Positions 28,307 through 43,855 of a stretch of 64,000 nt of DNA are shown here, one piece after another (the first letter of the stretch is position 1; each line of letters opens with the position of its first letter). Position numbers and translations under genes: made by a program. Source of the stretch: Utricularia gibba (taxonomy: Eukaryota; Plantae; Magnoliophyta); the NCBI GenBank assembly GCA_002189035.1, contig NEEC01000015.1, positions 1 to 64,000 of the forward strand, in the 5' to 3' direction. Below the pieces are notes generated by a model. It had not been told where the DNA came from, made no database searches, and saw only the letters and a program-made list of their open reading frames with translations.

Positions 28307-30775
28307 TCATGACTTGAGGTATCTTGGTCCAGTAGAGGTGGAAATGATCCACTCAACGATCGTATCTACCAACTCTTCCACATCCTTGGGATATCCTCCT
28401 GACCGAAGAATGCCGGACTCGGATCTAAACGAATTCCCCAAGTCTCTTGCAACTGGCTCCCATGGTGTACCCGCAGCAATGGAAGCCAAAAGCTCACCCC
28501 CACGGCTGACCGCATCTGCCATGGCAGGGGGGACATCTGGGAAGACCTGCAAATTTGATACTATGCCAAATAAGTCACTCCAGCCACTAAAATTGGAGGA
28601 AACACTTGAGTCCTGCAACACCTGTTGTAAAGGCAACCCATGATCACCAGGTAATGAGCGGATGGACATATCAAGCATGGAACTTATAGCTGCTTCCGAG
28701 CTTAGAATCTGGGCTAAGGTGGGACTTTCATCGATTGTGTCATCTTTGAACTTTATCAGTAAGTTTTTTGAGATGCCATAGTAGGATTTGACCTGTGAAA
28801 TCAAATTTGCTTTCATGTTCAGAACCCCAAGGACCCTTTGAAGATAACACAAAATGCATTTGAAAACGTCTGAAAATCAATTTACCAGTCTCCGCGTTTC
28901 CTCGGGCTTTGGAGAAAAATCTTCCCTTCCATTCGCCAATTCCGCATACAATGGTGGCAGCTGTTCCACAAGAGGAAGGACTTGCTTTAAGATGGAAGGA
29001 CTGAGGTTCTCAAACTGCTTTCTAGTCATCTCGGCCTACAAACATGTTGGAAACTTGAGAAAAATCAAATTTATGCGGCTGCGACAACATTGCTGCATTT
29101 CTTTATTTTTTTAAGGGGAGGTGCGATGTTGTTTAACAGACAAGATGAATCAAAGCTTACACCCAGGCGAATGGTTGGGGATGCTGCTAGCTGTGATAAA
29201 AACGGCCCAAGACTTTGAGCCATGGGGATCAGAACAGGTGAAAACAACGGAATGGCTAGACTGGCCTCCTGTAATGGAAAAATGGCGAAGAAGCTCAATT
29301 ACCCGCTTTTTTTTACACACTATATGAAAAATTCTTCTGAAAGTACGCCAATACCTTGCAGTTAAATGACATCAGTACATTTCCTCTTCTCTCAACAGCA
29401 TACCTAGAGCCTGGTAACCCAGAGCTTGTCATCAACAAGAGATTCCACTGGCAATATTTAACTAGTATTAAAGGGCAACCTATGAGCAGATGAATGACGG
29501 ATCCCAAAGAGTGGCCAATACCAAAGGTAGGAAGACCATCAGCCTATTAGTGCACACGAATAAAAAATTCTAAATTAGGAAAATTCATCAAACTAGAACA
29601 TACAGATTATGGTCATATCACCTCCTGAAGAAAGCGAAGACACCTTTCAAATTTGAAATGCACTTCATCCGCGATTCTGAAGTGGTCAAACCCACTGGCA
29701 TAAGGCGTGGCAATAATTAACACACCCCTGCCCCATGAAAAAACGAAAACCATGATCAATTACTCCTCACACCAGAAATTCAACCTCCTAAACTACCTCA
29801 GAAAAGGAAAAAAATTGGAATAAGGCAGAGCATTCATCATTTGTAAGCCATTACTAAACAACAACATGCCAGATAATTGCAGGCAAGCCCTCACTTGTTA
29901 GCGAGACGCTCGAGGAACAACCGATAAGTAAGCTGTGGGGCAGCCCCTACAAAAATGCCACCCACGAAGTGCACAACTGATGTTATGCTGGCCTGCTTTG
30001 GTCTCAATACCCAAGCTCCCTATAAAATTCATACTGTACCAATCAATAAAATCCTGCACCGGCAAGACCTTGCTTAATGGGGACTGTGCAGAAAGACCTT
30101 AATGGAGCCGTTAAGACACGCAATATGCCCTTCTGATGGGTTATGAAATTACAAACATGGCATTTTTTTTGCATACAAAGCTAAGAGCCAAGTCATATTT
30201 TCATAACAAACTAAACATAAGTCAGATTAAAATACAAATAGCCATGTCCTAACGGGCGTAGCACATAAAAGCCGCTTAAGAATTGCCGATAGATGAGGCC
30301 TAAATCAGCTTCAGACAACGTTCAAGTTATTAGCATCTTAAAAAGAGCATACCTCAACCTCAGACCAATCAGATGAACCCCAACTACCTTGGGATTGCCT
30401 TACAGTCTCGGTAAGAATTCTGTGGAACATCACGAACATCATATACCCAAGTTAAGGTATTAATCACAAGTGTTTTTTTTTTTTTCTCAATACGTGTTTT
30501 GACGGACACTTCAAGGGAACCCAAAGTAAGACCAACCTCTCGATATCTTGGTATAGCTGAATACCCGTGTTCTCTCTTTGATTGCTGGAGTCAATGCGGT
30601 CATCGTAACTGCAACATATGCTAGAGGGATGACTGGGGACTCCTCGGCGAACGGATATGACCCGATGACTGCGACGATGTTGAAAAGCGTAGGTACTCCG
30701 GTGATAACCGGAAATCGAAGAGGGCAAAGTAAATAACCGATGAGGGGTTGCAGAACATGCTGAGCTCGTCGCCAT
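28307..30775 (-). CDS. DUF1350 alpha/beta-hydrolase-like plastid protein (At5g47860-like), ~10 exons
   Basis: Transit-peptide-like MATSSACS; VVHFVGGIFVGAAPQLTYRLFLERL, ATPYASGFDH, GIGHSLGS nucleophile elbow, NLLIKFKDDTIDES, LPGDHGLPLQQ. All introns GT-AG. Confidence 0.9.
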
Positions 30776-31523
30776 AGCCCAGAAATATCTCCGATCTGTA
30801 TTGAGGAACAAGAGTAAGGTTTGCTTCCAAGTTTGGGTTTCTATGAATTCTGCAGGGTTTTCATTTGATAATACCCCCAGAGTCGCTGTTTTTGTCCAAA
30901 TTCGGCTAGCCAAGTCCTTCACCTGTTTCTTGAGGCACTTACTATCGTGCGCAGCGGACTCGGCTGCCGGCCACGGGAGGGGTCCAGTGCAGGACGCCGA
31001 CCGGTGCGCCTCCCGAGTCAAGTTCCGTTGCAAAACAAACTTTTGATCGAGCTACTGGCTTGGGCTGCGCGAGTAGCCCAGTGGGCCTCCAAAACCACTT
31101 CATGGACATCGGTCGGTTGTAGGAAAGAAAAACGAGAAACTCGACGAGGAATAGAGCAATTGTTTGCACTTGCGAGAGAACATGAGAAATTCTCCATTAG
31201 AATTATTAAATTCCTGATGAAAACAAGAATTGATTGTATTCTATCATTCAATAATATTTAATAGATTGCTTCATGAGCAACAGTAGGGGCTGGAGCAGGA
31301 AACTCATTTCTTGTGCAAGTTGTTGATTCGGGTTTGGAGCAAGAACTCCTTTGAGCTCGTTATCAGCAGAAAGTTCGTCGATTCAACTAAACAACTTTAC
31401 TTCCTGTGTCCTCTGCAGAAAGTTCAGAATTTTTCTTCATTGAGTTTCATAAAAAAAAAACAGTAATTTTGGAAATAAGAATAACAAAATAATCATCTCT
31501 TCTTGCTCGTCCACTATTGCTCA

Positions 31524-33033
<1,510 letters not shown>

Positions 33034-33304
33034 TGTTGTTGTGCTGCTAGCACGGCAGCAGTAGTTGAATGGAAGTGGCCGGCACTTGGAAGGTGCTGGG
33101 AATGTGGGATGGTGTTGCACTCAGTTTTGTAGTATCGGGTTCACACAATTGGATATGAAATAATATGACGTTGTAAAGGTTATCAGAATGGGGTGTGGGT
33201 GTGTATGGATGGAATGAAGGGGAATGGATCAGGTTTGGGAAGGGATGAGGTTTTGTGGACGAAGGAAGATTTGCTCATTGTGTGGCTGTGGTGTTCGGTG
33301 GATT

Positions 33305-33331
33305 GATGATGATGATGATGATGATGATGAT
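33305..33331 (+). repeat. (GAT)9 microsatellite in the GAPA upstream region
   Basis: Direct read. Confidence 0.95.
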
Positions 33332-34102
33332 AGCTTTTCAATGTTATGTCCTATGATGGATCATGAATAATTATTTGGGTGTGGCTGAAATATTATTCTA
33401 ACCGAGCCCGACCCGAGGATTGAGGAGATACTGGGATTCCCAGGGTCGTGAATCTCACCAAAGATGAGGCCCTATACGCAAGGCCCAACCCATAACTGGT
33501 GCAATTGGGTCAGGTCTGAACCCCCCGACTAAACAACCTCCCCCCTCCGCCCATTCCGAGTTGAAAGGAACGCGGTGGCCGGACAAATGCAGTAATTGAT
33601 TGAGGTCCTATTCACTCGATCCCATCTGCTCCGCTCTATCTCCGATTTTCCAGAGTGAGCATCTACGGTAATTCATTTTAGGTTCGAAGCTTTTGCGGGT
33701 GGATAAGTAGATAGCAGAAACAAAGTGTGTGTTTCAAAAATTGCAAATGCTATTCATTTCAATCCATTGTTCTCAGCGTATATCAGTATAAGCAGTTTTT
33801 GTTGAATAAAAGAACAGTAGTTCTCATGCCGCTACATCCAGAAACTCTGGCCTTTGGAGTAGGATTAGTTTTGACTTGTAAGCAATGAGTCAAGATCACA
33901 AAGGCCTGGATTACTTTTGACTTATCCTGGCAGTGTGTGTGTGTGTCTTATTTTAAAGGGTTGGGAAATGGGCTGTTGACTAATTCTAGTAGTAGCCTTG
34001 ATCTTGTGAGACAAGGAATAGATCCAATCAATTATTGTCATAAATTAATTTCATGGAGCACAAACATATAGTTAAAAAGTGCATTATTTTAATATTTTTC
34101 AG

Positions 34103-35070
34103 ACATTCTTGGTTGGTGTTAGCTTCATTTTTGCTCCAGACGCCAGGTCTCTCTTTCTGATGTTTTGTCTACTGATGTTGTTCTGGGCATTCATTCCCAA
34201 GAGCGTCATTACTGCTTTTTCAAGAAGTATGGGGGTTTTTCTTGTTGTTCTCTCCGTTGTATTCGTTCTAAATGTGTTAATACTGACGAAGTTTGTGGCT
34301 GAACACCTACGTGTTTCAAGAAGTTAATGCGTATGATCGTGGTTGCACATTAACCTTCTTTTTTTAAATTCAGATTGCTATTTTTCTCATGATGACTCCT
34401 GGGAATGATCCTGGCACCATCCCCAGAAATTCCCATCCAATGGATTGGATAACTTGGATAATCTCCATAGCATTTCAAGCCAGTGCAAGTGGTGTTTTAC
34501 CTTAGAGAGACATTACCGTCAATGGCATAATTGTGAGATCAAATATTGCCAAATATGCATGCTGTATCGCCCTCTCCCGCTGCTCAATATTTAATGACTA
34601 TGTGGAGCGTTATGATCACCATTGCCCCTGGATAGGGAATGGATTGGATAAGGTATATCTGTTTTCTTGCTCTATATTTCATGCCTCTGCCAGTCTTTTT
34701 TTTTCTTACTAAACAGAGTTACGGAGGAATTACACATATTTTTTGTGCTCGTGGCCGCAATACCATCCTGTGCTTGTATGTCCTGGGTTCCTGGTTGATG
34801 AACAAACATCTCATGGATATCGGAATGTATGTTCTGGAGGGCTATCGGAAAATCCCGTCTCTGGGATTCTCATCCTATATGCATTCTTTGTGTGTTGGTT
34901 TGTTGGTTGCATCAACCTGTTCCATATACGCTACATCGCCACAACCCAGGTTTTCTACATATTCCTTGCCCTTGCTTCAAATATATATATTTTTTGTTTT
35001 ACTCTGCGTTGTTTGGTTTTATCTGTTTTTGATTCAGAGATACCATGACAGCCATAATACGAATAATCCT
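34103..35070 (+). pseudogene. Pseudogene of a DHHC protein S-acyltransferase (PAT)
   Basis: Blocks FIFAPDARSL, DPGTIPRNSHP, KYCQICMLYRP, VERYDHHCPWIG (DHHC at 34614-34625), WFVGCINLFHIRYIATTQ. Frameshifts, loss of part of RCSHCS, Cys->Phe/Tyr, no start exon recognised. Confidence 0.85.
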
Positions 35071-35208
35071 TTTTTTTTTTTTTGAAGATCTAGAGCAAGG
35101 GTGCATTTTTATTTGATTTCCTAGGATATTGACCCCTGAGTGCTGTACTTGCCTACTTGGCTGGATACTACGGGTACATTGTTTACCAAGCTAAGCAAAA
35201 GGGAGAGA

Positions 35209-38185
35209 TCAGATCTCATATGTCATGCCCACACGAAGAAGCCTATCTCGAGGTATAGCCAGAGTCTGATCTGCTTGACGGAAATTCTTCCTCAGGAAGT
35301 GGTATGCTTTGTTGATCACAAATTTCCTGAAGAAATTCGAATTATGATGTGCTACCACCTCCGTTTCTCCGATCAGGTAGAACACGCCGCTCTCCATTGC
35401 TCTCTGCAAAAACTCGATTTCCTGCTCCATGTTTTGCTTGTTGTTCTGACTGATGATGTGGACTTCACCGTTGGAGGAGGATGAGCTTCTAGCTCCAGGT
35501 GCTTGCTGTTCCAAGGTCTCTGGCGTCACATCGGTAGTGCTTTGTTCTGACTCGAGCATGTAAGCCTCATTGCGAATGAAGGATTTCAGCTTCTCGACAA
35601 GCTGGATCTCGAATTCACGTGGCTCAATGATGTCATTGTATCCGTACCTGGCCACACATCGGAAAACTCTGTATTCCTTTGGCTCCACCTGCCGGAGAAG
35701 GAATCGCTCCTCCGGCAAAACCTTGCTAATGGAGATCGGCTTTACAGAGACAAGAACGATAACAGAGTGCACTGAAGGTACATTGCGAACGAAGTGAGGG
35801 AAGATGGGAGGTATCCCTTGAACGAGCTCCGAGTAAAGAAGTCCAATGCCTGGGATTCTGGTGATGCTTGCATCGTTAGCCAAGTCCTTGATGTAGTCGC
35901 CAGAAACCTTGTTCGAGAGTTCGTACAAGTATCGCTGTACATAGGTGTAATGCCAAATCCCCATGATCGTCATCAGGACTATGGAGAAGGCGAAGGAAAG
36001 GAAACCTCCATGAATGAACTTGAACAAAACTGAGGATAAGAATACTGCCTCTACGGAAAAGAGAAGGCCGAAGAACAGCAGGATCAGCCATATACTCGTC
36101 TTCCATATCACGAGCATGATGAGAGTGACCATGGAGGTGGTGATCAACATCACAGTAACAACAGCGATTCCTGGCAGAAGAAGTGTGTGGGTAAGTCACC
36201 CCCACAGTATAACAGGAGTGAATTTCAAAAGAAACATTACTCACCATAAGCATTTCCTATGCTTGTCGTGGTTTTAAACGCTAACGTCACAGCGATACAG
36301 GCAATCATGAGAAGGTAGTTGATTTCAGGGATGTAAACTTGGCCTTCATGCTTGGCGGAAGTGTGGACGACTTTTACTCTAGGAAAGCAACCCAGACTCA
36401 GGGATTGTGAGACTATAGAGAACGTGCCTGAGATCATTGCCTGGCTAGCTATAATGGACGCCATGACTGCGCTCACAAGCACGGGCCAGTAAATTGGATC
36501 TACCAGGCAACACACAAATTAGTAAGACTGGACCATGCATACCATGGGGAGGAACACACGGAAACAGTAAACGCTGTAGTGAATGATGTAACCTACTTGG
36601 TGTAGAGGCATAGAAGGTGTTGGCAACTTGTTCAGGGAACCTGGTTAGATAAGCACCTTGACCGATATACGCCAGGGATATTGCTGGGAAGACGACGGTC
36701 GAGAAACTTATTTGTATGGCAGGGACATTGAAATGGCCCAGATCCGCAAACATGGCTTCAGCTCCTGGTCCAAGTACAGGCGACGATGATCAATTCAATG
36801 GTAGTAGAAATACCAAAAGAAAACCAAGTTGTGTGTTAGTACTAGCCTGTGATGCAGAGAATGACGCCGCCTAGGGATACCCAGCCCTCCCTGCCGTTTC
36901 TCCTGAAATAATCGACGATGTACTTGGGATTGAAGGCACGCAGAACAGTGACATCGTATTTGAACAAGTTGTACACCCCGATTCCTCCTATGAAAGCAAA
37001 CCACACGGCGATCGCAGGAGCAAAGGCGTATCCAACTTTATCTGTCCCAAACCGTTGCATCCAGAAGAGAATGATCAATATGGCGGTCGCGATGTACACC
37101 TTTGACTCTGAGACAACAGCGACCGGATTCAGGAGGCAGTTTTATGAAGTATAAAATAAAAAGAAAAAGCCCGCTCGAGGGGATATAAAACTGTGGTTAC
37201 CCCCGTGAAGACCCTTCATTCCTTCGACGGCAGAGAGAACTGGAAGCAATGCGCAAAAGTCAAAATAAGAACCAAACCGACGTACCAAGGACAGAGAGAA
37301 CCACCATACTTTGTTTTCTTGTTTTTTTTTAAAAAAAAAAAAAACATGCCTGAGATGCTCGGTGTGAGAACACCATCTCCGATTACCATAGAAGTTCCTA
37401 GAATTGTGGCAACAAAGAGCACGATTTTGGCGGCATTACTGGACTCGAGCACCTTTTTTATTTTCTCCGATCGCCCAAGTCGAGATGATGGCACTTCTAG
37501 ATGATAATTTGACAGCTTTTTATCCTCCGGTTGTTGATTTGGTATAAGACTAACATTTGCGTATCGGCAGATTTTGGAGTAGAGGGCAAACGTTCCTCCT
37601 AAAGAAGGAGAGAAAAAAGGCATGAGCTTTTGTTCATCTGCGGTGTTACTATATAGCGCTAAAATAAAACAGATAAGTAGGCGTGCTGCATACCATCTCC
37701 CTTGTCGTTAGCCGCCAAGACGATGAGCACGTATTTGATCAAGGATATTAAGATCAAGGTGTAGAGAATGAGGGAGAGAACACCAAGTATATCGCTCCTG
37801 TGTTTGATCCCGTTTTGGAAGGTACTTGAATACACGTACAAGGGCGAGGTTCCAATGTCGCCGTAAATCACGCCAATGCTCTGAAATGCCAACTGCATCG
37901 TCGTCTGCCAGCTCGCCTATTCCATCCCAGTAAAATTATGTATGAAGGGGGGGGGGGGGGGGGGGGGGGGGACGGGTGGTCTCCTAGATAAAACGGGAGA
38001 GTTAAGAAGAGGGAGGTTTGACTCACCGGTGTTCCGGCATGATGCCCGTGAGCTGATGAAACCACTCCTGCCTCCACCTGAAGCGAGTCAAAACGGCGGA
38101 GCCGCCCCACTGAGCTCCTCCTCTGGGTAGTTACGGGAACCTCCTGATGGGAGGTCCTTGCCTGCAGAGCGTTGGCGTCGCCCAT
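35209..38185 (-). CDS. HAK5: KT/HAK/KUP potassium transporter, HAK5 clade, tandem copy 1 (8 exons)
   Basis: [82 protein letters not shown]. Confidence 0.97.
37947..37971 (+). repeat. G25 homopolymer in intron 1 of HAK copy 1
   Basis: Direct read; exact length unreliable. Confidence 0.9.
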
Positions 38186-39965
38186 TTTTTAAAAGTCACC
38201 GCTCCGCCACCTTTTGTTTGTGGTGTGTAGTCCAGTAGTGGAGTACATTTATAGAGGACGCGGCAAGGGCATCCCAGATACATGCATGACATGTGTACCT
38301 GAAAATGAAATCAAACTTGGCAAATTTCGATTTTTCATCCCATGGGCATTTTGAGTTGACCCAACATCTATCTAACAATAAAATATATGCATTACTAGTT
38401 TGTATCATGTATGTGAGATGAAAGATGAAGCACAATGTGCGCATGTATTGTTGCCGAGAAAGATGACACCACAGCTCCAGTGGGTAAAAATACGTGAAGT
38501 GGGATGTTTTATTTCAGTAGGGAAGGGGATGGGGAAGGGGAAGTTCTTCCAGAATTGAATTATCATTCTCTTTTTCTGGTGCCCTATCTGAAGGTAGGGC
38601 GGGGCGGGGAGGATGCCCGCCGTTGTAAAATATTTAAATGAAGGTCATGAGGTGACAGCTAGCTATTTTAAAATAAAATATATGTATAAAGCAAGAGTAC
38701 TTTTGGTTTGTGGTTAAAATACTGAATGGAACGTCATGCAACATGCTCGATGGAAGTCCGAGCGCATTCTGGAATCTGGATGGAGCCGGAGGGGAATGTG
38801 TATGATCCGGAGAGGATGTCAGGAGTGTTTTGGATAGTTGTGTGTATACGCCACGCCATACGCGAATGCAACAACAATAATGCGAGTAAAGAATCTGAAC
38901 TCACCAACGATCCTTTCTCATTATACTATACTAAAGCAGCTTTGACTTTCCAGTTAGGTAGGGTAGGGTAGGGGTAGGGTGCAAGCGCCACGTGTCACCA
39001 AGCAGCCTTGGTTTGTCAACGCGTAGCAGCTCTGCCCCGGATGCGACCTTTACTGCTTGGATCCTCCTAAGCGAGGGGCCGGGGAGGGGAGGGACGGACA
39101 TCGCCGCATCTGGCTTGGGTTGTCGGTGTTCGCTTCCCAAGTGGAGCCACAGTCATCCCATCCCATCCCGCCCATTTTTAAATTGAATTGTTGCCTGACA
39201 TGTGATCAAGTCCACGCCATTAATTAACTAATCGCAATTAACTAACACTAAACCCAGTGCCCATCCCAGATCGCCCCTCCCCTCCGCTACTGTATTGCGA
39301 CTTGTTTGTCTTACTCTTGTCCCACACAAACACAATCCCCCGTTTGGTTGGTATCGGTGCCACTCAGGAACACACGTCGTCCACCATCTCCGGCATACGA
39401 TTTAACCATGTTCGGAAAATCTGCACAGCAGACGACATAGTTCACAAACCCCATGTATGAATAATAAATAATTTGGGCGGACTAATTGCCCAAGAACCAG
39501 AACCAGAACCAGCACACCCACCCGGCAAGATCAGATCATCCAAGGCACCGCCCAACCTAATCTCATCCCCTGGTCCTCTTCTGTCCACGAGAATTCACTA
39601 TTTACCATCTATTTACATGAGCCGCGTCAGATCTTATCTATTTAGTATCGGATACCATGGCATGCATGGTCATGCTCCAAACCACACATGTGATGTAACT
39701 ATATTATTATATTGTTTCCGTGAAGAGCCAGCCCAGCCCAGCCCAGCCCTCTTGGCGGTTGACTATTAACTGTCATTTTCTCTCGTATCAACTTTCTTAA
39801 ATCTTGATGTCTGTGTCTGGCTGTGTGCCTTCATTAACAAAAGTCTTTGGAAGAGGTTTATTACTAGTTACTTGGTCATTCTGTTGGATCGGATGCAAGC
39901 ATGTGTTGGGCTGGGATGGGATAGGCTGGGCCGGGCCGGGCCGGGCCAGTCTTAGGGGTGTGGGA

Positions 39966-42874
39966 TCAAATTTCACAGGTCATGCCCACCCGAAGAAGCC
40001 TATCCCTGGGTATGGCCAGAGTCTGACCCGCTTGCCGGAAATTCCTTCGCAGGAAAGGGTACGCGTTGTTGATCATGAACCGACGTAGGAAGTTGGAATC
40101 GCGATGCGCCACCACCTCCGTCTCTCCGATCAGGTAGAACACCCCTTCCTCCATTGCTCTCTCCACAAATTCTATATCCTCTTCCTCCTCCTCCACCTTC
40201 TTTCGAATTCGCGGACTACTGTTGTCGTCCGTGGAGATTTCTGCTCCAACCACTTGTTCCTCCACATGAACCGCCGTAGAGTATGGCCTCACCACCAAAG
40301 AAGGATGTGGAGGACCTTCGATGCTCTGATGGTCCGAGTAGGGCATGAAATTGTCGTGACGGATGAAGGATTTTAGGCTTTCCATGAGCTGCATTTCGAA
40401 TTCCTGTGGCTCCTTAATGATATCATTGTATCCGTACCTAACCACACACCTGAAGACTCTGTATTCCTTGGGCTTCACCCGCCGGAAGAGGAATCGCTCC
40501 TCCGGCAGGACCTTGCTGATCGGGATGGACTTTATGGAGACCAGAATGATGATCGAGTGAACCGAGGGTATGTTGCGAACAAAATGGGGAAAGATCGGAG
40601 GTATCCCTTGCACCAGCTCCGAGTACAGAAGCCCGATGCCGGGGAATCTGGTGATGCGTTTGTCGTTGGCCAGCTCCTTCACGTAGTCACTAGAAACCTT
40701 GTGCTTGAGCTCATACAAGTAGCGCTGCCTGTTCGTATAATGCCAGATTACCATGACCGTCATCAGCACCACTGAAAAGCAGAGAGGAAGATAACCCCCT
40801 TCCACGAACTTGAACAGAACTGAAGAGAAGTAGGTCAACTCCACGGAAATGAGAACCAGGAAGAAGATAGCGATCAACCAGATGCTCGTCTTCCATATCA
40901 TGAGCATAATCAGAGTGAGCATCGAGGTTGTTATCAGCATCACGGCAACAACAGCAATTCCTGCAACACCAACAGGCAATTCATGTTTTTGTGTTGTCGA
41001 TGAGCACTAGCAAAGCAGCTGTGGTTGTGTACTACACCATAAGCGTTGCCGATATGGGTGGTGCTTCTGAAGGCTAAGGTCACTACAACACAGGCGATCA
41101 TGAGAAAGTGGTTGATTTCGGGGATGTAAACTTGGCCCCCGTACTTGGCGGATGTGTGTACAACTTTGACTCTAGGGAAGCAGCCGAGGCTAAGGGACTG
41201 AGAGATTATAGCGAAGGTGCCGGAGATCATTGCCTGGCTGGCTATGATAGACGCCACGACTGCTATGATAAACGTGGGCCAGTAAATTTGTCCTGCAAAC
41301 GCATTAAAAAAGGTGATTCCTTTAAGAAATTCAAGCCACCGAGTGAGTGGGGGGAGGAGCGGCAGAGAGTACTTGGCACAGAGGCATAAAAGGCGTTGCC
41401 AACATGGTCTGGGAATTTGGTGAGATATGAAGCCTGGCCAATGTAGGCGAGTGAGATTGCTGGCAAAACCATTCCTGTGAAACTTATTTGGACAGCGCGG
41501 ACATTGAAATGCCCCAGATCAGCAAACATGGCTTCGGTCCCTGCTTCAGGGAACAAGACGCAGTTAGGGCTTGCCAGCCAATGTTCGGCGGACAGAAGCT
41601 GAAGTTAAAACTACTGGCCTGTGATGCAGAGAACAACGCCTCCCAAAGATACCCATCCTTGTTTGCCGTTTCTTCTGAAGTAATCAAGTATGCACTTTGG
41701 ATTAAACGCGCGTAGAACGGTTGGATCGTACTTGACCCAGTTGTAGAAGCCAATCCCTCCTATGAAAGCAAACCACAAGCTGATCGCCGGCGCAAACGTG
41801 TATCCAACTTTGTCGGTTCCGAACCGTTGGCCACAGAACAGAAGGATCAATATGACTACGGAGATATAGACGGTGGATTCTGCAACAACAACACAATAAA
41901 AATAAAAAATAAAAACTTTGGCCTTTCTCGCAGTGTTGTGTCCATTTGTTCAGAGGGAATAACATCAACATGCTGTCACTCACCATTGCTTAGACCCCTG
42001 ATCCCATCGACCGCCGAAAGGACTGCATGAACAGCGAAACCACCATATAACATCTATCTGAGATAATCTTTCCATTGAAAAAATTTGACTGTTTAGGAAG
42101 CTTGCCTGAGATACTAGGCGTGAGAATACCATCTCCAATCACCATAGAGGTTCCTAAAATTGCACAAAGGAAGAGGATAACTTTAGCAAAACTGCTGGAC
42201 TCTAGTTGCTTTTTTATCTTCTCGGAGCGTCCAAGTCGAGATGACGGCACCTCCAGCTTATAATTCGACAGCTTTTTGTCCTCTGGTTGCTGATTTGGTG
42301 TGAGATTGACGTCCGCGTAACGACAAATTAAGGAGTACAACGCAAATGTTCCTCCTATGAAGCAAGGCGACTGCTTTTTATTCCCTTAGTAAGGATTCAA
42401 ATACTGTGCGATGAGAAAAAGGGCTGGCTGCATGCATACCATCACCGTTGTCGTTAGCCCACAAGACGATGAACACGTACTTGATCATAGGGATCAACAT
42501 GATAGTGTAGAGTATGAGGGAGAGAACCCCGAGTATATCGTCCTTGTCCTTGATTCCCTTTGAGAAGGTACTCGAATATACGTACAAGGGCGATGTTCCA
42601 ATGTCTCCGTAAATCACGCCGATGCTCTGGAACGCCAATTGCATCGTCGTTCTCCAGCTCGCCTGCCATACAGAGGGCTCCTTCAACCCAGATGATAAAT
42701 AAATATACACCACAACAACTCGTTAGAAGATTACCGAAACATTGACGTTGTGAGCGGCGTGCGTTGATGAGAACTTCCCAGCTTCAACGTGGAAGGAGTC
42801 GTCGAGGCGGCGGAGCGCGGTGCCTGGTGTCTGGTTGGTCTTTTCATCGAGGCTTACTTCATTCCCTCACCCAT
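39966..42874 (-). CDS. HAK5: HAK5-clade potassium transporter, tandem copy 2
   Basis: MGE(G)[16 protein letters not shown]; this start needs one extra G at 42864-42866. [37 protein letters not shown]. Confidence 0.95.
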
Positions 42875-43855
42875 TTTGATCTGGGCAAACGGCTGAGCAG
42901 TGCGGTTGCATTTTATAGGAAACTCGTGCAAATCTATAAGACGGATAGCTTCAATTCTGATGAATCCTTGTTGTACGTGTGGGTGACCATCAGCCACCAT
43001 TTCTTCTGAGGCGCATTCATGAATGCGTTGACCCGGGGCGACTGCAAGTAAATGGCTGGCTGTTTATAAATCCCCAGTTGGGTGATTTTGTTTCAATCCC
43101 AATAATCTCCATTTGATCCAAATGGTGGTTTGTTTTCATTATTTTCTCGGCCTAGAGTTTCATTGAATTTGCAATAGTGGGTCGTAGGGTTGATGAATTT
43201 TGTATTTTAAAATCGAGATCCATTATTCAACTGCTGGTATTTCCCCGGGTTCCCAAAAGGAACTTTTGGTAATGTGGGAAAAGGTTGCCACCAACCCAAC
43301 CCATAGGGATGACTAACGAGTCGGGTCTTCAACAGGGCGACAAGAAATGCAACTGCTGGATTGTGTTGTTCCCTCGGCAACGTCACTTGCATGCCAACAA
43401 GTCACATACTCTGGCTGAGTTGCACCTTCATTGGATTAATTTCCTGAGATAATAGAATTAAAAAAACCTGAAAATGTAATTAAATCTGAATTTTAATAAA
43501 TTTCATACTAAATATATATGCATATATTTTAGAATTATTATAAATATACAACCCTGCTACATATTTATGTATAAACCACGTCTACATATACTTTGTAACT
43601 ATTTATTTTTACATATGGATGCTGGTGCATAAATGATGTTCACGTGCTTATTTGAATTAAATCAACATGCAGTTGCACTATACATATATATGCACGTCTG
43701 TGGTCTAGTTGGTGTACAATTTGACTTGGTTGCACGAGCGTAGACAAGGGTGGCATGGGGTGTCCATTCAACCCTTTCCGTTGATGCTGAATCGTATCAA
43801 AACACCAACGTCTCCCCCCTTGCTCCCTGGTTCTAGCCGCTTGGTGGTGTGATTC

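Noticed and set aside
27984-28643. 219-aa plus-strand ORF as an independent gene
   Set aside because: Built from two tandem duplications plus the antisense of DUF1350 exons; no family motif recognised.
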